Source of the DNA: Candidatus Pelearchaeum maunauluense
GTDB lineage: Archaea > Thermoproteota > Nitrososphaeria_A > Caldarchaeales > Caldarchaeaceae
Direction: 5' to 3'
Assembly (NCBI GenBank): GCA_030059675.1
Contig: JANVYQ010000002.1
Location: forward strand, 18,260-82,259
DNA: 64,000 nt
Made by a program: the position numbers and the translations under genes. Below, piece after piece: positions 9,497 through 19,524 of the stretch (within the stretch, counting starts at the first letter, position 1; the number at the start of each line of letters is the position of its first letter). The notes beneath the pieces were generated by a model. That model saw nothing but the letters and a program-made list of their open reading frames with translations, was not told the origin of the DNA and searched no databases.

Positions 9497-10255
9497 TTAC
9501 CGCATAACAGCGCCGCCGTCAATTATTATTGTTTGGCCGTTTATGAATGAGGCCTTATCGGAGCAGAGGAAGGAGACGACAGATGCAACTTCGCGCGGCT
9601 CGCCCCACCTGTTTGCTGGCGCCTCTGCGGCTGCTGCTTTAAACTCCTCCTCGCTCAACACGCTTATAGTTGGTTTAGTCTTTATGTTCCCAAGCGCTAG
9701 GGTGTATGCTCTTACGCCATGCTTGGCGTATTCATGCGCTATGTGCTTGGTCAGGCTTATGAGCGCTGCCTTTGCGAAGGTATATGCTGCCCCATGGCTC
9801 TGTCCAGTAATAGCGGGTGTGGAGCTGATGTTTATCACGACTCCCCCACGCTGTTTAACCATCACGGGAATGGCCCTAATCGCACAGCGTAGGCTCCCTA
9901 GGAAATCAACCTGCATGACGGCTAGAACCTCTTCCTCCCTAACCTCATGCAGAGGTTTAAACCACAAATCCCTATTCATGGGATAGCCAGCTACATTAAC
10001 CAGACAATCCACCCGTCCAAACTCTCCCAGAACCATGTTGAAGAAATTATCAACGCTGGAAGAGCTTGATACATCAAGCTTTTTCACGCGAATCTTATCG
10101 CTGGATAAACGCTCTGCGAGCTCTCTGAGCTTATCCTCACGTCTCGCCCCTGCGCATACTATAGCGCCCTCGCTGACCAGCTCCTCAACCACCACGGAGC
10201 CTATCTCACCGCTTGCTCCAGTAACTATACATACACGACCATCCAGCAACGGCAT
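9497..10255 (-). CDS. short-chain dehydrogenase/reductase (SDR) family oxidoreductase
   Basis: N-terminal TGASGEIGS Rossmann motif and a YTFAK catalytic Y-x3-K. 252 aa. Confidence 0.8.
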   Translation of the reverse strand: MPLLDGRVCIVTGASGEIGSVVVEELVSEGAIVCAGARREDKLRELAERLSSDKIRVKKLDVSSSSSVDNFFNMVLGEFGRVDCLVNVAGYPMNRDLWFKPLHEVREEEVLAVMQVDFLGSLRCAIRAIPVMVKQRGGVVINISSTPAITGQSHGAAYTFAKAALISLTKHIAHEYAKHGVRAYTLALGNIKTKPTISVLSEEEFKAAAAEAPANRWGEPREVASVVSFLCSDKASFINGQTIIIDGGAVMR

Positions 10256-10297
10256 ATTACATTGCTGCGAGTCTAGGTATAATAAATTAATCGCTGG

Positions 10298-10543
10298 TTA
10301 GCTGTTCATAGTTTTCGCAGTCTGCTCAGCTATCTTGGCCATGCTGAGTATATCATCTATCGTCGCCAGCAGGCTTTGTAACGATCTCCGACAATATACC
10401 TTGAATATAACGCGCTTTCCCTCCAGCTCTGCGTTTACCTCAAGCCCTGCTGGTAGAGGCTTATTGTCGGGAAACAGGGCTTTGAAGACTACCTCAGCTA
10501 CATGCTCATCCTCAAACTCCATCTCAACGCGCGCGTTGCTCAT
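10298..10543 (-). CDS. pcc1: KEOPS complex subunit Pcc1
   Basis: The conserved core ARVEMEFEDEHVAEVVFKALFPDN...GKRVIFKVYCRRSLQSLLATIDDILSMAKIAE matches Pcc1. The likely start is the internal Met (MSNARVE) just downstream of the recJ-like stop. Confidence 0.6.
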   Translation of the reverse strand: MSNARVEMEFEDEHVAEVVFKALFPDNKPLPAGLEVNAELEGKRVIFKVYCRRSLQSLLATIDDILSMAKIAEQTAKTMNS

Positions 10544-10544
10544 C

Positions 10545-11984
10545 CTAGCCTGCTGCACGTAGAGCCTCACCCACCATCCTGTCAAGGTCTGAGAGGAAGC
10601 GTAGTATTCTCTCTGCAGGTATATCAGCCCCGGCGGCCACGTTATGCCCGCCGCCTCTGCCTCCATACTCACCAGCTAGTTTGGAGAGTATAGCGCCCAA
10701 ATCAAGGCCGCGCTCCACAAGCTCGCGCGAAGCACGCGCAGATATCTTAACCGCAGCGCCCGCATCAGCTATAGCTATCAAAGGCTTATCACGCGGTAAC
10801 ATTCCAGAAGACGAGAGTATTGAGGCAACAGAGCTTACCTGGCGTTCATTTATGACCTCACCACCCTTAAGAACGACTATGTTATCCATCTGCTCTATAA
10901 CGCCTGGCTTGGCTACGTATTCTATGCTCCGCGCCAGTTGGGCGCGGTAGTTCTCTAATACGCGTTGTGTTTCTTCTAGAACCTCGCCGCGTGCTCCCAT
11001 GGCTACTGCTATCCCCAGCCAGGCGTTATCTGTCTTCCCGCACGCGTTGAGTAGCGTAGCAAACTCACGTCCATCACGGAGATACGTCCAGGGGTCTTCG
11101 CGCACAAGCTCATAGACTGTTCCTACAAGCTCGTTGGCTATGCTTGAAGGTAGGTTACGTGCAACCAAGTATTCAATTAAGCCGTTAAAGAGCTTCTCTT
11201 TCTCCTCGCTGGTTAGGTCTGAGAGCACGCGCCATTGTTCTCCATTCTTCACGGGTATTCCAAGTGATGTTAGGAAGTTGTAGCACGCGCTTTCTTGGCC
11301 TGATAGTCCTGGTATGTATGGGCTGGTGGTGCTTGCTAGTGCTAGATGCACTGGCCTGAAGTTCCTGCCGTATAGTATGAGATCGTCGTAGGTGGCGAGT
11401 AGGCCGTTCTTCACAGCGTCGTCCACGATTAGCGCGTTAAGCCCTCTGAGGGAGCGTTTGGAGTCCTTATCCTGCAAATCTCCTAGAGCGCCTACTATCG
11501 CTATAGGCGAGTAGCTAATGTTCTCTTCGTTCATGGCTTTAGCGACGAAGTAGGCCACGCCAGATGCGCTTATCTCGGTAGCGCCGTCAAACCCGTGTTG
11601 ATGCGGATTTACATGAGACCAGCCGTATGGCAGCGCCTCCTCCGCTGGGGCATGGTGGTCTAGGATTACGATCTCCTTACCGCCTATCCTCCTCTTAAGC
11701 TCAGGCAGGTAGCCGCTTCCCATATCCGTGAAGAGTATGTATTCAGACTCCACATACCCCTCGTCCAATAGCTGGAAGAACTCCTCTATGCGCGGAAGTG
11801 AGCGCGCCTTGAAGGCTGCATCCTCGCGGCGCAGCGCTCCAGCTATTATGCCGCATGAGGACAGCGCATCCGCGTCGTTATGTGTGAAGATATGTATGTA
11901 AGCGCCTTCCTTAACCCATTGCCTAATTCTCTCGGCCGCGTCTTCCACTACTTGCATGAATGATTCTAAGCTACCGCTCAACAT
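10545..11984 (-). CDS. DHH-DHHA1 phosphoesterase, archaeal RecJ/Cdc45-like (GAN-type)
   Basis: DHH motifs (IFTHNDADALSSCGII, ILDHH) and DHHA1 GGGH (GGRGGGHNVAAGA). 479 aa. Confidence 0.75.
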   Translation of the reverse strand: MLSGSLESFMQVVEDAAERIRQWVKEGAYIHIFTHNDADALSSCGIIAGALRREDAAFKARSLPRIEEFFQLLDEGYVESEYILFTDMGSGYLPELKRRIGGKEIVILDHHAPAEEALPYGWSHVNPHQHGFDGATEISASGVAYFVAKAMNEENISYSPIAIVGALGDLQDKDSKRSLRGLNALIVDDAVKNGLLATYDDLILYGRNFRPVHLALASTTSPYIPGLSGQESACYNFLTSLGIPVKNGEQWRVLSDLTSEEKEKLFNGLIEYLVARNLPSSIANELVGTVYELVREDPWTYLRDGREFATLLNACGKTDNAWLGIAVAMGARGEVLEETQRVLENYRAQLARSIEYVAKPGVIEQMDNIVVLKGGEVINERQVSSVASILSSSGMLPRDKPLIAIADAGAAVKISARASRELVERGLDLGAILSKLAGEYGGRGGGHNVAAGADIPAERILRFLSDLDRMVGEALRAAG

Positions 11985-12026
11985 GCATCACGCTCTCCAG
12001 CGGTGAGCAGGTCTCCAGTCTCCTAC

Positions 12027-12461
12027 TTATGCGAGCTGGAGCTCCCAGTTCTGGGGCAGAACGCCTTCCCGCTTATAATACTTCACTAACCGGCTAATCT
12101 TAGACTCAACCAGCTGTAGCCTATGAACATTATACCTATCAGACTTGAAGCGCTTTAGGTGTAGGCGCATACGCCGCGCCCGCTCCAGTAGGCTGGCGAG
12201 GTCTTCAGGTATCGGCGGGGCTAGGTTATTCTCCCTAAGTATCTGGAGCACGGTCTTTCCTGTTACAGCCTTAACCAGCGGCACGGCATACTGGTCGCGG
12301 AGAATTACTCCTATCATGCTTGGTGGGTGCCCCTCTTTTGCCAGCTTCACGACCAGCGCCTCAACCTCTTCGGGTGTTAGCTTAAACCATGCGGGAGAGA
12401 TTTTGCTTATCGGCCGCGTAGAGTTGGACTTTCCGCGCTTCCTAGCGTGCATCCTGGCCAT
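12027..12461 (-). CDS. rps15: 30S ribosomal protein S15 (uS15, S13e)
   Basis: 144 aa. N-terminal MARMHARKRGKS and the S13e/S15 fold signature. Confidence 0.85.
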   Translation of the reverse strand: MARMHARKRGKSNSTRPISKISPAWFKLTPEEVEALVVKLAKEGHPPSMIGVILRDQYAVPLVKAVTGKTVLQILRENNLAPPIPEDLASLLERARRMRLHLKRFKSDRYNVHRLQLVESKISRLVKYYKREGVLPQNWELQLA

Positions 12462-12533
12462 GTCTTCAGACCTGCTAGGGCTTCTGGCGGGGCTGATTTA
12501 TAAAGGTCGTGCCGTCCAACATAGGGATTAACG

Positions 12534-13088
12534 CTACCTCGGCTCTTGGAGCCATGCTATGAGCTTGCGGGCAGCCCTGCCGCGGTGGCTCACGACGTTC
12601 TTCTCGCTACACCCCATCTCTGCAAACGTCTCGTCCCTACCCTCTGGTATGAATATTGGGTCAAAGCCGAAGCCGCTTGAGCCACGTGGCTTGTCAGCGA
12701 TACGGCCACGACACTCTCCGCGGAATACGCGCATACCATGCTCAGGGCTGTAGAAGGCTATCACAGACTCAAACCTAGCGTCGCGCGGCCTGCCAGCAAC
12801 TAGGCGGAGAAGACCATCAACACCTATGGTTCTATAGGCGTAAGACGAGTATGGGCCTGGAAAGCCGTTTAGAACCTCTACGAATAGGCCAGCATCTTCT
12901 ACGATGACGGGCTTCTTTAGTATATTATAGGCTTGTAGGCAGCTGAAGACAGCTATCTCCTCTAGGCTGTCTGCCTGAATCTCAACGGTTCTCAGCGGCT
13001 CTACTTCCAGCTCAAGCCCATGCTGCCGGAAGAGTTGCTGGAACTCCCGCGCCTTACCCGGGTTTGAGCTTACCAAGACAGGCTTCAA
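12534..13088 (-). CDS. non-canonical purine NTP pyrophosphatase (Ham1/ITPase)
   Basis: The motifs SSNPGKAREF, FVEDAGLFVEVLNGFPGPYS and GFGFDPIF are Ham1-family signatures. Confidence 0.85.
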   Translation of the reverse strand: MKPVLVSSNPGKAREFQQLFRQHGLELEVEPLRTVEIQADSLEEIAVFSCLQAYNILKKPVIVEDAGLFVEVLNGFPGPYSSYAYRTIGVDGLLRLVAGRPRDARFESVIAFYSPEHGMRVFRGECRGRIADKPRGSSGFGFDPIFIPEGRDETFAEMGCSEKNVVSHRGRAARKLIAWLQEPR

Positions 13089-13720
13089 GCCCTTTCTCTC
13101 ACCACATACCTACCGCGCATCCTTATCTCCCTCACCTTCTCCAAAACCCTACCAGCATACTCCAGCCCCACCACAGAGCTGTAGCCGCGCATGAAACTAG
13201 CCATGAATGCCTTGCGTAGGTTGGGGTACGTGCTCTCTAAAGACCGCTCCAACAGATGGATATCTACGGCATAGTCCTCCATGTCTTGCGTGAAGGAGCT
13301 TAAGCCGAAGTCCGCTATCCAAGGGCTATGCAGTTCATCTATTATTATGTTGGAGAGTGTTAGGTCGCCGTGTGCTATTCCGTCGCTATGCATCTGCGCG
13401 GTTATCCTGCCCAGCTTCTCTGCAACATCCCCAACTCGGTGTAGCTCCGCGCTGGAGAGGTATGAGCGTAGCTCCACCCCCATTATGCGCTGCATGTAAA
13501 GAGATGAGCTGGCCAGGTCTATGAAGAAGATTACCGGAACAGGAACCCCTATACCATGAAGCCGCCTAATTATACGAGCTTCATGCGCTGTTCTCTGCCG
13601 CCTTATCTGCTCATCTATCTCCCTACGCCTATAGCGTTTAGGCGCCCTCTGTTTCAGAACCAGCTCCCTGCCACGCCACTTTACTGCCTTGACGACAGAC
13701 TCGGCTGCTATTCGTATGAT
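13085..13720 (-). CDS. bud32: KEOPS kinase Bud32 (PRPK). The conserved N-terminus precedes the first ATG at 13495.
   Basis: The ATG-initiated ORF (13085..13495) holds the catalytic loop HGDLTLSNIII and DFGLS. Manual translation upstream in the same frame gives LDIIRIAAESVVKAVKWRGRELVLKQRAPKRYRRREIDEQIRRQRTAHEARIIRRL (Gly-loop and VAIK-like motifs) with no ATG/GTG/TTG. This frame overlaps the kae1 3' end by 30 nt in the -1 frame. Confidence 0.65.
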   Translation of the reverse strand: MIRIAAESVVKAVKWRGRELVLKQRAPKRYRRREIDEQIRRQRTAHEARIIRRLHGIGVPVPVIFFIDLASSSLYMQRIMGVELRSYLSSAELHRVGDVAEKLGRITAQMHSDGIAHGDLTLSNIIIDELHSPWIADFGLSSFTQDMEDYAVDIHLLERSLESTYPNLRKAFMASFMRGYSSVVGLEYAGRVLEKVREIRMRGRYVVRERA

Positions 13721-13737
13721 GTCCAGCTCCTCAAAGT

Positions 13738-14724
13738 CTAGGGACTCCAGCGCACATCCACCTCATCAATACGCGCCCGCGGCCTAACACGGCTCTCCTC
13801 CAGGCTTATCGTCATGCCTGCCGTGTAGTAGAGTAGCCCGGTCCAGGCTATCATGGCGCCGTTATCGCCTGCATACTCGTCTGGAACTATGTGTAGCTTC
13901 GCCTGATGGTCTTCGCACATCAGCCTTATCATCTCAACGAGTCGCCTGCTCCTGGCTAAGCCGCCCACGAGGAGAATCTCACGCTTCTCCAAATATGCTA
14001 ACGCTCGTTCAAGGACCTCCACGAGCATGCTATACACGGTCTCGGTTATGCTGAGCGCGGCATCAGCCACCGCTGCGCCCTCCTCCAGAAGACGCTCTGC
14101 TGCTGTCAGCAGCCCTGAGAAGGATACATCCATCCCCTTAACCTTATAAGGGAGGCTGTGTATCTTCTTCCCTTCCCGCGCGATTATTTCTGGCTGGGGC
14201 ATAGGGCCTATTCCAGCGGTTATGCCGAAGGAGTCTAGACAGTTTCCAGCAGCTATGTCCAGCGTTTCCCCCAGTATCCTATACCGCCCCTCCACCAGGG
14301 CTGTTATGAGCGTATTCCCACCAGCTACATAGAGGACAACAGGGTCGCGGCAGCCAGTGGCTAGCTTACCAACCTCAATATGCGCTATGCTGTGATTAAC
14401 CCCCACCAGCGGTTTGCCTAGTGTTGCCGCTATAGCCCTCGCCACAGTTGCGCCTGTCCTTAAGCATGGCCCCATCCCAGGGCCTATGGAGAACGCTACG
14501 ACGTCAATATCGCTGGGTTTGAGTCTTGCTTTCTCTAATGCTTCCCTAACCACCTCAAGTGCGTGTTTAGCATGGTGCTGCGACGCCTCGCGCGGGTGTA
14601 TCCCTCCTTTCTCAGGCTTATACACCCGCATGGCGTTGGAGAGTATGCTCCCATCTGACCGCGCTACCCCGACGCCGAATGTATGCGCCGTTGATTCTAT
14701 GCCAAGGCAGACGACATGCCCCAA
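13738..14724 (-). CDS. kae1: tRNA N6-adenosine threonylcarbamoyltransferase Kae1
   Basis: The conserved N-terminus [18 protein letters not shown] most likely begins at a TTG (14724). The listed ATG ORF adds a ~130-aa low-complexity extension antisense to infB. Kae1 HxxH and metal-binding motifs are present. Confidence 0.8.
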   Translation of the reverse strand: MGHVVCLGIESTAHTFGVGVARSDGSILSNAMRVYKPEKGGIHPREASQHHAKHALEVVREALEKARLKPSDIDVVAFSIGPGMGPCLRTGATVARAIAATLGKPLVGVNHSIAHIEVGKLATGCRDPVVLYVAGGNTLITALVEGRYRILGETLDIAAGNCLDSFGITAGIGPMPQPEIIAREGKKIHSLPYKVKGMDVSFSGLLTAAERLLEEGAAVADAALSITETVYSMLVEVLERALAYLEKREILLVGGLARSRRLVEMIRLMCEDHQAKLHIVPDEYAGDNGAMIAWTGLLYYTAGMTISLEESRVRPRARIDEVDVRWSP

Positions 14725-14824
14725 GGAGATGCCCCTTCCAAGAACGCTAGAACAGCTGAGGGAAGGTATTAGTGTTGCGAGTAGAGATGGGCCCGGTAGA
14801 GGAGAAGACGAGAGGCGCCTGGAT

Positions 14825-16600
14825 ATGCGGCTCAGACAGCCGATAGTCGTGGTTCTAGGCCACGTAGACCATGGAAAGACATCTTTACTTGACACTATGC
14901 GCGGGACCGTAGTAGCTGCACGTGAGGCTGGCGGGATTACGCAGCATATAGGCGCTAGCCTATTCCCCCTAGATGCGATAGTGGAGACGTGTAAGATTCT
15001 CTTGGGTGAGGTGAGGGCGCGTCTTGAGATTCCAGGCCTGCTCTTCATAGACACGCCAGGCCACGCGGCCTTCTCTAACCTCAGGAGGAGGGGAGGATCG
15101 GTAGCTGACATGGCTATACTGGTGGTGGATATAACGAAGGGGGTTCAAGAGCAGACGAAGGAGAGCATACACCTCCTAAGAAGCAGAAAGACACCATTCG
15201 TAGTTGCTGCCAACAAGATAGACATGATACCTGGATGGAAACCAAACCCAGGAGCACCCTTCAAGCAGACGTTTGAGAAGCAAGCAGCGGGAGTACGCGA
15301 AGATCTGGAGAACAGGATATACACGCTCATGGGAGACCTATCGTTCTTCGGCTTCCGCGCAGACCTCTATACACGCGTAACCTCCTTCGCCACAACTCTT
15401 GCCATAGTCCCTGTGAGCGCCAAGACTGGCGAGGGAGTGGCAGATTTGCTACTCATACTCCTAGGCCTGGCACAGCAGTTCATGAAGGAGCAGATAGCGT
15501 ATCACGACGGCCCAGGCCAGGGAGTTATCCTAGAGCTGGTGGAGGAGGAAGGGCTTGGGGTTACTGCAAACGTCATACTGCATGACGGGGTTATCAAGGT
15601 TGGCGATAAGGTTGCATACGTTGGGCGTGAGGGGCCTGCGGTAACTAGGGTTAGGGCGTTGTTGATGCCCAAGCCCCTTGACGAGATGCGCGACCCGTGC
15701 GATAGGTTTAGGCATGCCGAAGAAGTTAGAGCTGCGGCTGGGGTTAAGCTTGTTGCCGACGAGCTGGATAAGGCTATTCCAGGCTCGCCTATACAGGCTG
15801 TCGCTGGTGATAATGTTGAGGAGGCTTTAGCTCGTGTTGGTGAGGAGCTTGGCGATTTCATGGTGAGGACGGATAAGACTGGGGTGGTGCTTAAGGCAGA
15901 TACCTTAGGCTCGCTTGAGGCTGCGGTAGCTTATCTACGCGAGCGCGGTGTTCAGATAAGGTTTGCAGACATAGGTGATGTGGTGAAGAAGGATGTTGTG
16001 GAGGCCGGGGTGGTGAGGCAGAAAGACGAGCTGAGCGGCGTAATCTTAGCCTTCAACGTGAGAGTTGACCCAGACATAGAGCGCGACGCCAAAAGTAGGG
16101 GGATAAGAATATTCAAGGCTGATGTACTATTCAGGCTTGCAGAGGATTATCTCAACTGGGTAGACGAGCAGACGCGAATGCGGCAGTTAGCTGAGTTCAG
16201 CTCTCTCGTGAAGCCTGGTAAGATTAAGGTGTTGAAGGGGTTTGTGTTTAGGAGAAGCAATCCCGCTATCTTCGGTGTAGAGGTCTTGGGAGGTGTGATA
16301 AAGCCTGGCGATAAGCTGGTCAATAAGAGCGGCAAGACGGTAGGCTCTATTGCGCAGATACAGGATAAGGGTGTGGCGGTATCAGAGGCGCATAAGGGTG
16401 CTCAGGTGGCTGTGTCTGTGAGGGAGGCGGTTATGGGTAGGCACATCCACGAGGACGAGATACTATACGTGGCCGTCCCAGAGCGCGACGCTAGGCAGCT
16501 CATCCAAAACTACCCCCACATGCTTGATGAAGACGCCCGCAAGGCTCTTGACGAGCTTATCGAGATAATGCGCGCCTCAAACCCGCTCTGGGCTAGATAA
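14825..16600 (+). CDS. infB: translation initiation factor aIF5B (IF2 homolog)
   Basis: G-domain [22 protein letters not shown] and NKID. The likely start is ATG 14825 ([13 protein letters not shown]). The listed ORF from 14414 is an antisense run-on through kae1. Confidence 0.8.
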   Translation: MRLRQPIVVVLGHVDHGKTSLLDTMRGTVVAAREAGGITQHIGASLFPLDAIVETCKILLGEVRARLEIPGLLFIDTPGHAAFSNLRRRGGSVADMAILVVDITKGVQEQTKESIHLLRSRKTPFVVAANKIDMIPGWKPNPGAPFKQTFEKQAAGVREDLENRIYTLMGDLSFFGFRADLYTRVTSFATTLAIVPVSAKTGEGVADLLLILLGLAQQFMKEQIAYHDGPGQGVILELVEEEGLGVTANVILHDGVIKVGDKVAYVGREGPAVTRVRALLMPKPLDEMRDPCDRFRHAEEVRAAAGVKLVADELDKAIPGSPIQAVAGDNVEEALARVGEELGDFMVRTDKTGVVLKADTLGSLEAAVAYLRERGVQIRFADIGDVVKKDVVEAGVVRQKDELSGVILAFNVRVDPDIERDAKSRGIRIFKADVLFRLAEDYLNWVDEQTRMRQLAEFSSLVKPGKIKVLKGFVFRRSNPAIFGVEVLGGVIKPGDKLVNKSGKTVGSIAQIQDKGVAVSEAHKGAQVAVSVREAVMGRHIHEDEILYVAVPERDARQLIQNYPHMLDEDARKALDELIEIMRASNPLWAR

Positions 16601-16635
16601 ACGGAGGCGCAGCGATGGCCCTGGCTGGCGGGTCA

Positions 16636-16650
16636 TGATTTATAAATTCG
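16636..16650 (+). promoter_or_regulatory. candidate TATA box upstream of rps6e
   Basis: GATTTATAAATTCGC sits ~30 nt upstream of ATG 16680. Confidence 0.35.
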
Positions 16651-16679
16651 CCTGAGTTTGGCGTTGGAAGGGTTGTTGG

Positions 16680-17099
16680 ATGTCTCAGAAGACTGCCGCC
16701 GCTCCGCGGATGGTCGTGTCAGACCCGTCTACGGGGAAGGCTCAGACGGTCCAGCTTAACCCACAGCAGATGAGCCTGTTGGTGGGTAAGAGGATAGGCG
16801 AGATCATAGACGGAGCTCCCTTCGGCTTTAAGGGGGTCGTGCTCAAGATAACTGGTGGAACAGACCGCGATGGCATCCCGATGAGGCCAGACGTATCAGG
16901 GCCGCGTAAGGTTCGTGTCCTACTCTCTGGAGGGGTGGGCCTCCACCCGCGGGAGAAGAGGCCATCAAAGAGGAAGAAGAAACGTGCCAGAAGGCTTGTT
17001 AAAGGTCTGCGTAAGCGTGTAACCATTAGGGGTAATACGATAAGCGGGGCGATAGCGCAGATTAACGTGGTGATGTTGTCCAAGGAGGGAGGTGGTTAG
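16680..17099 (+). CDS. rps6e: 30S ribosomal protein S6e
   Basis: LKITGGTDRDGIPMR motif of S6e. TATA-like TTTATAAA lies ~35 nt upstream. Confidence 0.85.
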   Translation: MSQKTAAAPRMVVSDPSTGKAQTVQLNPQQMSLLVGKRIGEIIDGAPFGFKGVVLKITGGTDRDGIPMRPDVSGPRKVRVLLSGGVGLHPREKRPSKRKKKRARRLVKGLRKRVTIRGNTISGAIAQINVVMLSKEGGG

Positions 17100-17101
17100 G
17101 G

Positions 17102-17386
17102 TTGGTTAATTTTATTGAGGCGGGCCAGGTGTATAACAGGCTGATTAAGAGGCATGAGTTTAAGGCTGTCGTAGAGTATGAAGCAAGCCCGCCGACGCGG
17201 AAGGAGATGGCACAGGCAATAGCCCAGCGCTTCAACGTCCCAGAGAATAGGGTCGTGATAGTTAATATGCGGTGCATGTTCGGGGCTAGGAAGATGCGTG
17301 TCCATAGCCACGTATACGATAACGAGGAGGATGTGAAGAGGTTTGAGCGCGAGTATATACTGAAGAGGAATGGGCTGGTGCAGTAG
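17102..17386 (+). CDS. rps24e: 30S ribosomal protein S24e
   Basis: 94 aa. The S24e-like pattern [25 protein letters not shown]...VHSHVY. Confidence 0.8.
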   Translation: MVNFIEAGQVYNRLIKRHEFKAVVEYEASPPTRKEMAQAIAQRFNVPENRVVIVNMRCMFGARKMRVHSHVYDNEEDVKRFEREYILKRNGLVQ

Positions 17387-17388
17387 GT

Positions 17389-17550
17389 ATGGGTAAATCG
17401 GAGCTTTGGAAGAAATACGCGGTGAAGGATGGTAAGACTGAGAGGAAGCTGGTCAACTGCCCGCGCTGCGGTATAGGCTACTTCATGGCAGACCACGGAG
17501 ACCGCTACGCCTGCGGTAGGTGCGGATATACGCAGTTCAAACAGGGGTAG
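17389..17550 (+). CDS. rps27ae: 30S ribosomal protein S27ae (eS31), Zn ribbon
   Basis: Manual translation gives [53 protein letters not shown] (53 aa), a C4 zinc ribbon. It is below the 60-aa cutoff of the ORF track. Confidence 0.75.
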   Translation: MGKSELWKKYAVKDGKTERKLVNCPRCGIGYFMADHGDRYACGRCGYTQFKQG

Positions 17551-18088
17551 CCCTAGCCAGCAACTCGCGTGCCTTCTCTCTAGTCTTCTCAGAAGCCCAA
17601 ACTAGGACGCATCCCTTCTTAGGCTGGCCATAAGCCAGAACTCCACCATCGCTTAAAGCTAGTATCGCGGGAAGTGCTAGTAGGTCTTCTTCCCCATCAA
17701 CGAGGATAGCAACACTCCTACGCGCCTCAACAGCATCCATAACCGCTTCAGCGGCTTCAGGAATTATAACACCAGCAGGATTCTTGACGTTTCTAACCTC
17801 GTATCCCCCAAGCTCATGCTTCCCGCCGAAGACACGACGCTCATATCTGCCATCTATTATTATAACGTCGGGCTTGACACCATGATTGACTAGGCTGCTG
17901 GAGGTTACATCACCTACAGCAACAACCATGGTTGGCTTGGAGCGTTTTATCTCCTCGGCAGCTCGTTTAGATGAGCTCTCCAAATCTCCCGCGATTAATG
18001 TTCCGAGGGGCTGGCGTAGTCTCTCCTTTAGCTCCTCAGAGAAGTATAAGGGCCTGCTGAAGATTTGCCTATCCGACTTTGACGGCAT
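17537..18088 (-). CDS. DUF359 protein (archaeal GTP-dependent dephospho-CoA kinase family)
   Basis: 183 aa with the conserved [29 protein letters not shown] block. Its position next to spt4 is the conserved archaeal context. Confidence 0.55.
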   Translation of the reverse strand: MPSKSDRQIFSRPLYFSEELKERLRQPLGTLIAGDLESSSKRAAEEIKRSKPTMVVAVGDVTSSSLVNHGVKPDVIIIDGRYERRVFGGKHELGGYEVRNVKNPAGVIIPEAAEAVMDAVEARRSVAILVDGEEDLLALPAILALSDGGVLAYGQPKKGCVLVWASEKTREKARELLARATPV

Positions 18089-18269
18089 AGTGGCCTGGCT
18101 TCTTAATCTCCAGCGTCTCAGCTATCTTTGACTCCTCAGGAAGTAAAGCTATGAAGAGCCCCTGGAAGTTTGTTGTCAGGCTTGTTGAACCACAGTTATC
18201 GCATACGTTGCCAGATACTATCTTTCTACAATTCCTACAAGCGCGCTCGCGCGAGGACACAAGCAACAC
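18069..18269 (-). CDS. spt4: transcription elongation factor Spt4 (RNAP subunit E'')
   Basis: 66 aa. CRNCRKI...CDNCGS zinc ribbon followed by the NGT/FxG motif. Confidence 0.8.
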   Translation of the reverse strand: MLLVSSRERACRNCRKIVSGNVCDNCGSTSLTTNFQGLFIALLPEESKIAETLEIKKPGHYAVKVG

Positions 18270-18329
18270 CTCACACTATATCTTCCCACAAACTAAAACA
18301 ATCCTCTACTCTATTAACCTAAAACAACA

Positions 18330-18656
18330 CTAATATATTGTCTGGTCTCTTGATCTCGTCAGCGCAGTAGAAGCCCTACCCACTATTGTGACCTTTATGT
18401 TATACATCGTTGCCAGCTTGCTCGCCTGCTCCGTTATGCCTGGAACCTTAAGCTCGGCCTCCCTAATCCCCACATCAAGCATCTTTAGATAAAGTCGGAG
18501 AATATCATTCTCATCTGCCTCATATTCAAGCTGGTCAATAACCCTCATATCGTTCCCAACGCTAACTATCTCTGTGAATTCATGGACTATCCCCGACCGG
18601 CCTACTAGAGTAGGCAATAACCCCCACCTGTTTTCTTGCGTCAAAACTGTACGCAC
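18330..18656 (-). CDS. hypothetical protein
   Basis: 108-aa ORF between spt4 and the divergent ACT/V4R gene. No family recognised. Confidence 0.35.
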   Translation of the reverse strand: MRTVLTQENRWGLLPTLVGRSGIVHEFTEIVSVGNDMRVIDQLEYEADENDILRLYLKMLDVGIREAELKVPGITEQASKLATMYNIKVTIVGRASTALTRSRDQTIY

Positions 18657-18716
18657 CTAGTTGTTTTGCTGGCTTTTATATATTCTTTAATAAGTTAAGT
18701 CATAAATATATATAGA

Positions 18717-19511
18717 TTGATGGCTCATAAGGCCCTTAATATGACGCCGACACTCAAGAACGCTGGTTTAATGGCGCCTGAGGATGGGGAGGTTTATGAG
18801 CTCTTTATAAAGGCGCGCTCTAGGCCAGGTGTTTTGGGCGAGATAGCAACGCTCCTAGGGCGCTATAACCTAGACATACTGGGCGGCCACCTGCAGGTCC
18901 ATAACAGGGACTGGGGTGTAATCGCCCTCTACGTGGATGCATCCCAGTCGCGAGATGGGCTGGATAAAGTCTTGAAAGAGCTCCGCGGTCTTGATTTCAT
19001 GATAGAGGTTGACGCAAAAGCGATGAATGAAACATTCTTTGAGCATTTCTTCTTCCCCATAACGAGTGGAGGGCATTTCAGGATATTCATCATCTCAGCC
19101 GATGCGTGGATGGCGCTTGAGGAGATGCTTCACAAGACATTCGGAACAGCAGCCGCAACATTACTCTACCACAGCGGCGTTGCCCTTGGTAAGAGAATCA
19201 TAGACGAAATGAGGGAAAGAAAAACTCCTGTCAAGCTAACTGAAGCGCTACTCCGCGCCAACATAATAGCTATGCTCAGAGCATACGGAATAGGGATGGC
19301 AAAGATAGAAGATACAGCCCAGGGCTTCCATGTGGAGATAAGCGAGCCGATAATGGCTGAATGGGACGGGAAGATAGTCGACTACTTCACGATAGGGATC
19401 ATGGCGGGCTCTCTAGAGGCTATATACAACGTAAACCTAGTTGCGCGTGGTGTTAAATATGATTATGCCAAGAGGATTTTATCGTTTGAGTTGGAGAGAA
19501 AAACCGCCTAA
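18717..19511 (+). CDS. regulatory protein with N-terminal ACT domain and C-terminal V4R-like domain
   Basis: N-terminal VYELFIKARSRPGVLGEIATLLGRYNLDIL is ACT-like and the C-terminal ~120 aa resemble a 4-vinyl-reductase-type small-molecule-binding domain. TTTTATATAT lies upstream. Confidence 0.45.
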   Translation: MMAHKALNMTPTLKNAGLMAPEDGEVYELFIKARSRPGVLGEIATLLGRYNLDILGGHLQVHNRDWGVIALYVDASQSRDGLDKVLKELRGLDFMIEVDAKAMNETFFEHFFFPITSGGHFRIFIISADAWMALEEMLHKTFGTAAATLLYHSGVALGKRIIDEMRERKTPVKLTEALLRANIIAMLRAYGIGMAKIEDTAQGFHVEISEPIMAEWDGKIVDYFTIGIMAGSLEAIYNVNLVARGVKYDYAKRILSFELERKTA

Positions 19512-19524
19512 GCCTGTTGCTGCT

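Noticed and set aside
14414-14824. N-terminal 137 codons of the listed 728-aa ORF (aIF5B)
   Set aside because: Low-complexity sequence antisense to kae1. The conserved G-domain starts at [19 protein letters not shown], so the true start is most likely ATG 14825.
14725-15111. N-terminal 129 codons of the listed 457-aa Kae1 ORF
   Set aside because: Ser/Pro-rich, non-conserved and antisense to infB. The conserved Kae1 N-terminus begins at the TTG at 14724.
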